Assembly: GCA_964422525.1 (NCBI GenBank)
Contig: CAYRAU010000001.1
Location: 1 to 29,449, forward strand
Origin: Candidatus Woesearchaeota archaeon
GTDB lineage: Archaea; Nanobdellota; Nanobdellia; SCGC-AAA011-G17; CAYRAU01
Direction of reading: 5' to 3'
Length of the DNA: 29,449 bases
Positions 1-6,827 of the stretch are shown here, piece by piece. Made by a program: the position numbers and the translations under genes. Positions within the stretch are counted from its first letter, which is position 1. Every line of letters starts with the position of its first letter. Under the pieces are notes generated by a model that was not told the origin of the DNA, made no database searches, and saw only the letters and a program-made list of their open reading frames with translations.

Positions 1-1
1 G

Positions 2-88
2 ACTTATACTTTAGAAAATAATAATCTTAAAAAGGCAAAGCCTGTTTTTAAATTTGAGCTTGATATGGACAAGGCAAGCTCTTTTTAA
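2..88 (+). CDS. 3' end of an upstream CDS (partial; ...KPVFKFELDMDKASSF*), product unknown
   Basis: Frame +2 is open from the window edge to TAA at 86-88, 1 nt before the RPA ATG at 90, the tight spacing typical of this window. Confidence 0.35.
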   Translation, partial: TYTLENNNLKKAKPVFKFELDMDKASSF

Positions 89-89
89 A

Positions 90-1094
90 ATGTTTAATCT
101 AAGCTACGAAGAAATTGTTGATAAAATTGTAAATGAGAAAGGAATACCTAAGCAGGACATTCAGAGCAAAGTGGACTATAAGCTAAAGCAGCTTTCAGAC
201 CTTATAAGCAAGGAAGGAGCAGCCCACATAGTTGCTAATGAGCTTGGAGTTAAGCTTGTTAATCCATTGCAGAAAAGAAGGATGAAGATAAAGGACGTGA
301 TTGCCGGACTAAATTCTGCTGATATTGTTGGGAGGGTAATTTCTGTTTATCAGGTGAGAAGCTATAACAAGAACGGAAGAGAAGGCAAGGTTGCTAATTT
401 TATTCTTGGCGATGAGACAGGAACAATAAGGGTAGTTTTATGGGATACAAACCATATTTCCAACATAGAATCTGGAACCCTGAAAGAAGGCATTGTAATC
501 AAAATAAAGAATGCTTACGTAAAGGACAATAATGGCTATTCTGAACTGCATGTTTCTAACAAAGGAAAGATATTGTTTGATGTTGATGAGGAAATAGGCG
601 AAGTAAGCCTGGAATTAAAGCCTATATACAGGTTTAAAAAAATTAATCAGCTTTCCAAGGAAGAATCAGGAGTTGGCATACAGGGAACATTAGTCCAGAT
701 ATTTGAGCCTAAGTTTTACGATATATGCCCTGAGTGCAGCAAGAAAGTTGTTTTTGAATCCAGCAAATTTACATGTGCTGAGCACGGGGATATTGTGCCA
801 AAGGTTGCAATAGTTTTAAACTGCTATGTTGATGACGGAACTGAAAACATAAGAGTTACAGCTTTCAGGGACGCAGCATTAAGAATTTTAAAATTAAATG
901 ATGTTAATGACTTAAAGAGTAATCCTTCTTTGTTCATAGACCTAAAGGATGGATTGATTGGCAAAGAGGTTTTTGTCACAGGAAGAGTTGTAAAAAACAC
1001 TATGTTTGACAGACATGAGCTAATTGCTTCAAAGGTGGAAGATGCTGACCCATTGGAAATAGCAAATAAGCTGGTTGATGAAATTGCTAGGTAG
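90..1094 (+). CDS. rpa: Replication protein A (ssDNA-binding): N-terminal helical domain, two OB folds, C3H zinc finger
   Basis: OB-fold signatures (GKVANFILGDETGTIRVVLWD; CYVDDGTENIRVTAF), CPEC..CAEH zinc motif, N-terminal LISKEGAAHIVANELGV. ATG 90 preferred over the track's TTG at 54. Confidence 0.9.
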   Translation: MFNLSYEEIVDKIVNEKGIPKQDIQSKVDYKLKQLSDLISKEGAAHIVANELGVKLVNPLQKRRMKIKDVIAGLNSADIVGRVISVYQVRSYNKNGREGKVANFILGDETGTIRVVLWDTNHISNIESGTLKEGIVIKIKNAYVKDNNGYSELHVSNKGKILFDVDEEIGEVSLELKPIYRFKKINQLSKEESGVGIQGTLVQIFEPKFYDICPECSKKVVFESSKFTCAEHGDIVPKVAIVLNCYVDDGTENIRVTAFRDAALRILKLNDVNDLKSNPSLFIDLKDGLIGKEVFVTGRVVKNTMFDRHELIASKVEDADPLEIANKLVDEIAR

Positions 1095-1542
1095 AACCCA
1101 TCTTTTATTTTCAGTTATTCTTGGCTTGTTTTATATTGATTATTTTGGCTTTGAAGGCAGCAAAATACTTTTTTACCTTACCCTTGCTGTTGGAAGCCTG
1201 CTTCCTGATATCGATCATCCAAAAAGCATCCTAGGAAGAAAAATATGGCCTGTTTCAAGTGTAATAAATTTCTTGTTCGGCCACAGAAGCATAATGCACA
1301 GCTTATTTTTTATATTTGCCGTATGCTTATTAGTTTATTTCTTATGGCCTTTGTATTTTATTCCTGCTTTTATTGGATTATTAAGTCATCTATTTTTGGA
1401 TGTTTTAAGCAAGGAAGGCCTGAATTTATTATACCCTCTTAGGATATTTTACGTTAAAGGATTTATAAAAGTAGGCGGATTAGCCGAGAATTTGTTTTTT
1501 CTTTGCCTGATAATATTAACAATATTGAAAATATTTGCTTAG
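1078..1542 (+). CDS. Membrane-bound metal-dependent hydrolase (YdjM-like)
   Basis: GRTH, LLPDIDHP, HRSIMHS and SHLFLD motifs with several hydrophobic helices; overlaps the rpa 3' end by 17 nt. Confidence 0.85.
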   Translation: MKLLGRTHLLFSVILGLFYIDYFGFEGSKILFYLTLAVGSLLPDIDHPKSILGRKIWPVSSVINFLFGHRSIMHSLFFIFAVCLLVYFLWPLYFIPAFIGLLSHLFLDVLSKEGLNLLYPLRIFYVKGFIKVGGLAENLFFLCLIILTILKIFA

Positions 1543-1550
1543 CATAAGGG

Positions 1551-1558
1551 TTATATAT
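1551..1558 (+). promoter_or_regulatory. TATA box for 1579 ORF
   Basis: TTATATAT starts 28 nt upstream of ATG 1579 and is preceded by a purine-rich BRE-like ATAAGGG. Confidence 0.55.
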
Positions 1559-1578
1559 TTTCCTAGGCTAACCTTGAT

Positions 1579-2100
1579 ATGCTTAAATTCATATTAATTG
1601 CAATGTTGCTGGCTGCAATAGCCGTTAATGCTGCTGTTGTAGAAAATGTAGAAATAGGCAAAGGAGAAAACTATGTCATTGAGGACAGAAATGTCAGCCT
1701 TGTTAATTCTAATAAATACGGCGTGATAGTATGCGTTAATGGCATTAAAAGCATTATGAATTATAATAATGACGAGAAAATAATAAATGACGTTTTTCTG
1801 GAATTGCAAGGAAGCGAGGATAATAAGGCTGTTTTTGATATAGAATATGAATGTGACGGAAGATGCATCTGCAGGAGCTCAGAGTGTTCCAATCAAGCCT
1901 GCTTTGACAGTATTAATTCAGAGGTCTTGGCAGAAAATGAATTGTCAGACGCGGTAGAAGTTCAAGATACTGAGCAAGATGAATTTGAAGTCTTTGATGA
2001 AGCTGGCGAAGGAAATCCCGTAAACAAAACATTGCTTACTGTAGTTTTGATTTTGATTGTAATATTGCTACTTTCTATAGTATTAATAAAAAGAAAATAA
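1579..2100 (+). CDS. Secreted, C-terminally anchored Cys-rich hypothetical protein
   Basis: N-terminal signal peptide, CDGRCICRSSECSNQAC cluster, acidic linker, C-terminal TM helix ending in KRK. Confidence 0.8.
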   Translation: MLKFILIAMLLAAIAVNAAVVENVEIGKGENYVIEDRNVSLVNSNKYGVIVCVNGIKSIMNYNNDEKIINDVFLELQGSEDNKAVFDIEYECDGRCICRSSECSNQACFDSINSEVLAENELSDAVEVQDTEQDEFEVFDEAGEGNPVNKTLLTVVLILIVILLLSIVLIKRK

Positions 2101-2101
2101 A

Positions 2102-2995
2102 TTATTTGCTGCTAAGCCATGCATCGAAGTCTCTAATCCACTCTTTGACAAGACTAACATAATATGCCATTGTGTTTTCTAATTTATCTCCAGAACTTAG
2201 AGTATGCACGGAATTTACTCTGTTTAAAAGATGCACAAATTCCTGCGTGTTTGACGCGAATGCTTCAACATCCTCATTTTTAAAAGCATTTTGAGAATTC
2301 CTGTAAGCTATTTGCAGCCCTTCTATAGCTGCTGTTTCAAAACCTGAGCGCAATGCTTCATTCATGCTCATATAGCCGTTACCAGTATTAACAATTTTTA
2401 CATTATCTGTAAAAAAGCGAGGATCTCCGGTAAATACTGCAAATGTTCCATATACACCAAGCTCTAAGGCGTTGTTTTCGCCTATCTTATAATTATCTGC
2501 CAATGATCCCAAGGTTGTCACTCTACCTGATTCATCTTGTATAGGCACTGTTGCCAATGCTTTTATTGAAATTTCTGTCGTATATCTTCTGAACATTTTT
2601 CCATATTGATTTACCCTAGTTGGATCATTTCTTATTCGTGTAACTTCATCCTCAACAAAACGAGCAACACTTTCATTATGGTTTTCATAATAGTTTCTTC
2701 CGATTACAGCTATATCTTGAGCTTTTTGATCGCTATATTGCTCAGCTCTTTCTAAACCAGTCCTTGCTCTTTCTTCTAAATCATCTCTTGTCTTATTGCT
2801 CCATTCCTTTGCTTCTTCAGTCCTTTCTTTAGTTCTTTCTTTAGTCTCTTCAACCTTTTCTCTAACTCTTTCCCCTGCTTCCCTAGCTTTTTCTCTGGCT
2901 CTATCCAGCCAACTTTGACTATAAGCATCAGAAAAGCCAATACTGCTTGCAAGAATTAAACTAGATAATATTAAGCCTCTTTTTGATAATCTCAT
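2102..2995 (-). CDS. Secreted hypothetical protein with N-terminal 11-residue amphipathic repeats
   Basis: Long ORF with signal-like N-terminus (RLSKRGLILSSLILASSIGFSDA) and a TATA box at 3027-3018. Confidence 0.75.
   Translation of the reverse strand: MRLSKRGLILSSLILASSIGFSDAYSQSWLDRAREKAREAGERVREKVEETKERTKERTEEAKEWSNKTRDDLEERARTGLERAEQYSDQKAQDIAVIGRNYYENHNESVARFVEDEVTRIRNDPTRVNQYGKMFRRYTTEISIKALATVPIQDESGRVTTLGSLADNYKIGENNALELGVYGTFAVFTGDPRFFTDNVKIVNTGNGYMSMNEALRSGFETAAIEGLQIAYRNSQNAFKNEDVEAFASNTQEFVHLLNRVNSVHTLSSGDKLENTMAYYVSLVKEWIRDFDAWLSSK
2714..2911 (-). repeat. Six tandem 11-aa (33-nt) protein repeats
   Basis: WLDRAREKARE/AGERVREKVEE/TKERTKERTEE/AKEWSNKTRDD/LEERARTGLER/AEQYSDQKAQD. 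Confidence 0.6.
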
Positions 2996-3017
2996 CAATC
3001 ATATGCATATTATAACC

Positions 3018-3027
3018 TATATTTAAA
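3018..3027 (-). promoter_or_regulatory. TATA box for 2995 ORF
   Basis: TTTAAATATA on the minus strand, 32-23 nt upstream of ATG 2995. Confidence 0.55.
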
Positions 3028-3062
3028 CTTTACTAGACACACGGACAAGTCCTGCCCAATCA

Positions 3063-3072
3063 TTTATAAATA
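3063..3072 (+). promoter_or_regulatory. TATA box of the PC4-like/radA operon
   Basis: TTTATAAATA; implies a roughly 45-nt leader containing the SD-like AGGTGGTG (3128-3135) before ATG 3139. Confidence 0.55.
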
Positions 3073-3138
3073 ATATTGTCATTTTACTATTGTCTGAAAG
3101 GACATCTGAAAAAAATCCGAATAGGAAAGGTGGTGCAA

Positions 3139-3399
3139 ATGGTCAATAGACCTATAAAAAAATTTAGAGCGGCAAATATAGAAGGTGCTGTTTGGCTGAA
3201 TTCTAAGGAAAGCGAAAACGGAATAATTGGCTTTAAGACAGTTACTATAAGCAGGAGCTTCAAAAAGAAAGATGATGATACTTGGAGAAGCGAAGTGATA
3301 AATTTGAGGAAAAGCGATTTGATAAAATTGCAGGTTGTGTTAAATAAATTAAGCAACGAGCTATTCCTGTCAGAAGACAGCTATAATAAAGGAGATTAA
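3139..3399 (+). CDS. Small conserved protein, putative PC4-like ssDNA-binding fold
   Basis: ATG 3139 has an SD. Beta-rich pattern (PIKKFRAANIEGAVWLN..KTVTISRSFK..TW) followed by a helix (LRKSDLIKL..VL). Stop lies 1 nt before the radA start. Confidence 0.7.
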   Translation: MVNRPIKKFRAANIEGAVWLNSKESENGIIGFKTVTISRSFKKKDDDTWRSEVINLRKSDLIKLQVVLNKLSNELFLSEDSYNKGD

Positions 3400-3400
3400 A

Positions 3401-4354
3401 ATGAAAGACGAAAAAGAATTTTCATTCAAGGATTTGCCAGGGGTAGGAGCTGCTACAGCTGAAAAATTAGAATTAGCAGGCTATGATAATTTGATGAGCA
3501 TAGCAACATGCAGCCCGGCTGAAATGGTTGAAGTCGCTGGAGTTACAGATGTTACAGCAAAGAAAATAATTAATGCTGCGAGAAAAAAGTTGGATATGGG
3601 TTTTGAGTCTGGGGAAGACTTGTTAAAAAGAAGAGAGCAAGTTGTCAGAATAACAACGGGCTCCAAAGCATTTGATTCTTTGGTTGGCGGAGGATTTGAA
3701 ACTGGAAGCATCTCAGAATGTTTCGGGGAGTTTGGATCTGGCAAGAGTCAGCTAGCACATATATTGTCAGTAAGAACTCAAATGCCTGTTGATAAAGGCG
3801 GAGCTGGAGGAGCTGTAGTTTTTATTGATGGAGAAGGCACTTTCAGGCCAGAAAGAATTAAGCAGTTTGCAGAAGGCTTAGGCGTTGATCCTATGGAAAC
3901 CTTAAAAAATATAAAAGTTGCCAGAGCTTTTAATTCAGACCATCAGATGCTTGTTGCTGAGAAAGTGGAAGATTTGATTAAAGACGGATTTCCTGTAAAA
4001 TTAATTATAGTGGATTCTTTGACAGCGCACTTTAGGGCTGACTTCTCAGGAAGAGGGCAATTAGCAGACAGGCAACAGAAACTAAATAGGCATATGCATA
4101 CTTTGATGAAAATAGCAACCAACTATAATGTTGCGGTTTATGTGACAAATCAGGTAATGGCAAAGCCAGACACTTTCTTTGGAGATCCAACAGCGCCAAT
4201 TGGCGGAAATATAGTCGGGCATAACAGCCAGACTAGAGTTTACTTGAGAAAGGGAAAGAAAGGAAGCAGAGTTGCCAAGCTGATTGACAGCCCTTATCTT
4301 CCGGATGGGGAATGCGCATTCAAGGTTACTGAAAAAGGGCTAGAGGATGTTTAA
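3401..4354 (+). CDS. radA: DNA repair and recombination protein RadA
   Basis: N-terminal HhH (LPGVGAATAEKL), Walker A GEFGSGKS, Walker B IIVDS, LADRQQKLN, GGNIVGH, RVAKLIDSPYLP; SD GGAGA at 3391. Confidence 0.97.
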   Translation: MKDEKEFSFKDLPGVGAATAEKLELAGYDNLMSIATCSPAEMVEVAGVTDVTAKKIINAARKKLDMGFESGEDLLKRREQVVRITTGSKAFDSLVGGGFETGSISECFGEFGSGKSQLAHILSVRTQMPVDKGGAGGAVVFIDGEGTFRPERIKQFAEGLGVDPMETLKNIKVARAFNSDHQMLVAEKVEDLIKDGFPVKLIIVDSLTAHFRADFSGRGQLADRQQKLNRHMHTLMKIATNYNVAVYVTNQVMAKPDTFFGDPTAPIGGNIVGHNSQTRVYLRKGKKGSRVAKLIDSPYLPDGECAFKVTEKGLEDV

Positions 4355-4355
4355 A

Positions 4356-4370
4356 TTTTTTTATTTTTTT
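4356..4370 (+). terminator. Oligo-T terminator after radA
   Basis: TTTTTTTATTTTTTT immediately after the stop; archaeal oligo-U type terminator. Confidence 0.55.
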
Positions 4371-4408
4371 AATAAACTTTAAATAGCTAATAATTTTTAT
4401 AATATTAT

Positions 4409-5017
4409 ATGAGAAGACTATTTAGGAGAACAGGCTTAAGATACAGGAACCGCATAGAAAACAGGAAAAATTTGTTTCATTCTTCAAAAATAAGCATTTC
4501 AATCAATAATTACGGGGATATTTTTTCCGATTTTGATCCAAGGCCTTACTCGCAAAGAGCTTTGTCAGACGATTTCTTGTCTGAAACAAAAAAAGCAAGC
4601 CTTGACAAGCAGGCTGGCAAGTTTGAATTAGATTTTTTGCTGCCACAAAGAAAAAGAAATCTTGACAATGAAAAAATAATTAAGAGAAGACTAAGAATGC
4701 ATTTTAACAGGCATTATGATCTTGCTAAAAGCGAGATGAGCCATATCATAAAAAAAGGGGCTGCTTTTTCAGTCATGGGCATCATATTCATGTTTTCTGC
4801 CACTTTGCTTCACTTCAAGTTTAGCGAACCAAGCTTATTAATAAGCTTTTTTATTGTTCTTTTGGAACCTGCTGGATGGTTTTCATTTTGGGAAGGTCTT
4901 TATCAAATAGTTTTTGAATCAAAAACAGTAAAACCAGAGCTTGATTTTTACACAAAGATGTCAAAATGCAAAATAAATTTCTTGTCATACAAAACTAAAG
5001 GGCGTACAGGGATTTGA
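4409..5017 (+). CDS. Hypothetical membrane protein (two C-terminal TM helices)
   Basis: DIFSDFDPRPYSQRALSDDFL region, two hydrophobic segments, EPAGWFSFWEG; TTTAAATA at 4378. The last 19 nt are antisense to tRNA-Arg. Confidence 0.75.
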   Translation: MRRLFRRTGLRYRNRIENRKNLFHSSKISISINNYGDIFSDFDPRPYSQRALSDDFLSETKKASLDKQAGKFELDFLLPQRKRNLDNEKIIKRRLRMHFNRHYDLAKSEMSHIIKKGAAFSVMGIIFMFSATLLHFKFSEPSLLISFFIVLLEPAGWFSFWEGLYQIVFESKTVKPELDFYTKMSKCKINFLSYKTKGRTGI

Positions 5018-5072
5018 ACCCTGGTCTTAGCCTCCGCAAGGCTATATACTATCCAGACTGTACTATACGCCC
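4999..5072 (-). tRNA. tRNA-Arg (anticodon GCG), CCA not encoded
   Basis: Cloverleaf: acceptor GGGCGTA/TACGCCC, D arm GTAC/GTAT with A20, anticodon arm TAGCC-TTGCGGA-GGCTA, T arm CAGGG-TTCAAAT-CCCTG; discriminator U at 4999. Confidence 0.92.
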
Positions 5073-5713
5073 TAACGTATTACTGGATAATCTCTGCTTC
5101 TTCTGTTAATTAACTCGAATATCCAGAACAAAATCATCTTTATATAACCAATCTTTTCATACCGCCTCATGTTATTAACAACATAACAGTTAGCTATGAC
5201 AAACCTGCCCAGCTTTCTAGCTTCTTTTATCATTTTATTAGCTTCTTTTGTTGGAACTTCTTCAAAGCCAGAGGTGTTAAAATAAACTTCTTTCTTAAAA
5301 AATATTATCCCTGTAGCCCAGCCAAGAAAAGCAAACCTATTTCTAAAGCGACACATTAATCTTGCGATTATCTTACTATTGTCAGGCTTTACTTTGCATG
5401 AGCCAAATACGCCTTTTTCCAGGCTTTTTTTTATCTCTTCCAAACAGCCAGGCTCCATTACAATGTCAGCATCCATGAAAACCAATATGCTGCCTTTAGC
5501 TTTCTTAGCTCCTAAATTTCTTGCCAAAGCAGCATTTTTTTCTTTTATAGAAATGACAGAAGCGTATTTTTTAGCTATTTTTTCAGTCCTGTCTGAGCAG
5601 CCATTGCATACAACTATTAATTCCTTGTCAGATTTTTGGTTAATGACAGCTCTTAAGGAATTGGCAATAACCTTTTCCTCATTGCAGGCAGGCATTATTA
5701 CTGAAAAATCCAT
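5072..5713 (-). CDS. Glycosyltransferase family 2
   Basis: FSVIMPACNEE, VVCNGCSDRT, ARNLGA, FMDAD (DxD), MRRY. ATG 5713 preferred over the track start at 5752. Confidence 0.9.
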   Translation of the reverse strand: MDFSVIMPACNEEKVIANSLRAVINQKSDKELIVVCNGCSDRTEKIAKKYASVISIKEKNAALARNLGAKKAKGSILVFMDADIVMEPGCLEEIKKSLEKGVFGSCKVKPDNSKIIARLMCRFRNRFAFLGWATGIIFFKKEVYFNTSGFEEVPTKEANKMIKEARKLGRFVIANCYVVNNMRRYEKIGYIKMILFWIFELINRRSRDYPVIR

Positions 5714-5734
5714 GCTTAAACATAATACCAAAGT

Positions 5735-5742
5735 TTTATAAA
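5735..5742. promoter_or_regulatory. Palindromic TATA box shared by divergent genes
   Basis: TTTATAAA with exactly 21 nt to each divergent ATG (5713 minus, 5764 plus). Confidence 0.7.
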
Positions 5743-5763
5743 GATTTATCAAAAATTACAATT

Positions 5764-5934
5764 ATGGAAACTAAGGCTGTTCAGGAAAAATCAGGAAAAT
5801 CCTTTGTAAATGATTATGGCGCAGTTAGCTTTACCTGCCCTGTATGCAAAAACACTTTAATCAAGAGAACCAGCCATGAAAGAAGGCTAGGGGCAAAATA
5901 CGTTTGTGAGTGCGGCTTCTCGGGACCTAACTGA
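5764..5934 (+). CDS. Small zinc-ribbon protein, DUF1610/HVO_2753 family (56 aa; not in ORF track)
   Basis: METKAVQEKSGKSFVNDYGAVSFTCPVCKNTLIKRTSHERRLGAKYVCECGFSGPN*. TGATG overlap with EF-1beta, the usual archaeal neighbour of this family. Confidence 0.85.
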   Translation: METKAVQEKSGKSFVNDYGAVSFTCPVCKNTLIKRTSHERRLGAKYVCECGFSGPN

Positions 5935-6209
5935 TGGCAAATGTTGTTATAACATTAAAAGTAATGCCTGAAGGCGTTGACACAAATTTAGAAGATTTAA
6001 AAAAAGCGGTTAATTCTAAAATCAAGAAATTCAGCGGAGGAGACTCTAGAATAGAAATAGAGCCTGTAGCTTTTGGCTTGAAAGCCTTAAAATTTACTTT
6101 TGTGTCTGATGAAAAAAAAGGCGGCACAGATGAGCTTGAAAATCAAATAATTAATATAGAAGGAGTTAATAGTGTTGATGTAATAGATGTCAGAAGAGCA
6201 TTAGGATGA
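5934..6209 (+). CDS. ef1b: Translation elongation factor aEF-1beta
   Basis: MANVVITLKVMPEGVDTNLE..EPVAFGLKALK..GGTDELE..IEGVNSVDVIDVRR. Confidence 0.95.
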   Translation: MANVVITLKVMPEGVDTNLEDLKKAVNSKIKKFSGGDSRIEIEPVAFGLKALKFTFVSDEKKGGTDELENQIINIEGVNSVDVIDVRRALG

Positions 6210-6826
6210 ACAACCCATTAACCCAGGAACAAATCGACACAATAAATGAGATTGCAAAGCTTCCGGCTGAGCAGCAGAAAAACAAGCTGCAGGAATTTCT
6301 AAAAACCTTAAATGAAGAGCAGATAGAATTTTTGAGAAGTCAGCAGAAGCCAGCAAAGTGCATATTCTGCGCTATTGTCAATAACGAGATAGAGAGCTTT
6401 AAGATTTATGAAGATGATGCTGTCTTAGCTGTTCTTGATATCAATCCAGCATCAAAGGGCCATGCCTTGGTAATTCCCAAAAATCACTACAGGTTTCTTA
6501 CAGATATAGAAGATTTAGAGTCTATTTTTGGCGTTGTAAAATTAGTTGCTGAAAAACTTTATGAATCTTACAAAGCAGATACAAATATTTTAATCAACAA
6601 TGGATTTGCTGCAGGGCAAAAAATGGATCATTTCTCAATTAATGTAATTCCAAGATATGAAAAAGACAAGATTAATTTTAGCTGGAAGCCTGCTGAAATC
6701 AGCAAGGAAGACTTGGGTAAAATTGCGAAAGAGCTTAAGGTTGAGGCTAAGAAATCCAAAGAAGTTTACAAGGAGCCTGAAAAAGAGGAATATCCAGATT
6801 TTGAAGAAGATGAATTAGTTCCTTAA
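6206..6826 (+). CDS. HIT-family protein with degenerate histidine triad and helical N-terminal extension
   Basis: CIFC, IYEDD, LDINPASKGHALVIPK are HIT signatures; the triad position reads HFSIN-VIPR instead of HxHxH-VIPR. Confidence 0.85.
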   Translation: MNNPLTQEQIDTINEIAKLPAEQQKNKLQEFLKTLNEEQIEFLRSQQKPAKCIFCAIVNNEIESFKIYEDDAVLAVLDINPASKGHALVIPKNHYRFLTDIEDLESIFGVVKLVAEKLYESYKADTNILINNGFAAGQKMDHFSINVIPRYEKDKINFSWKPAEISKEDLGKIAKELKVEAKKSKEVYKEPEKEEYPDFEEDELVP

Positions 6827-6827
6827 C

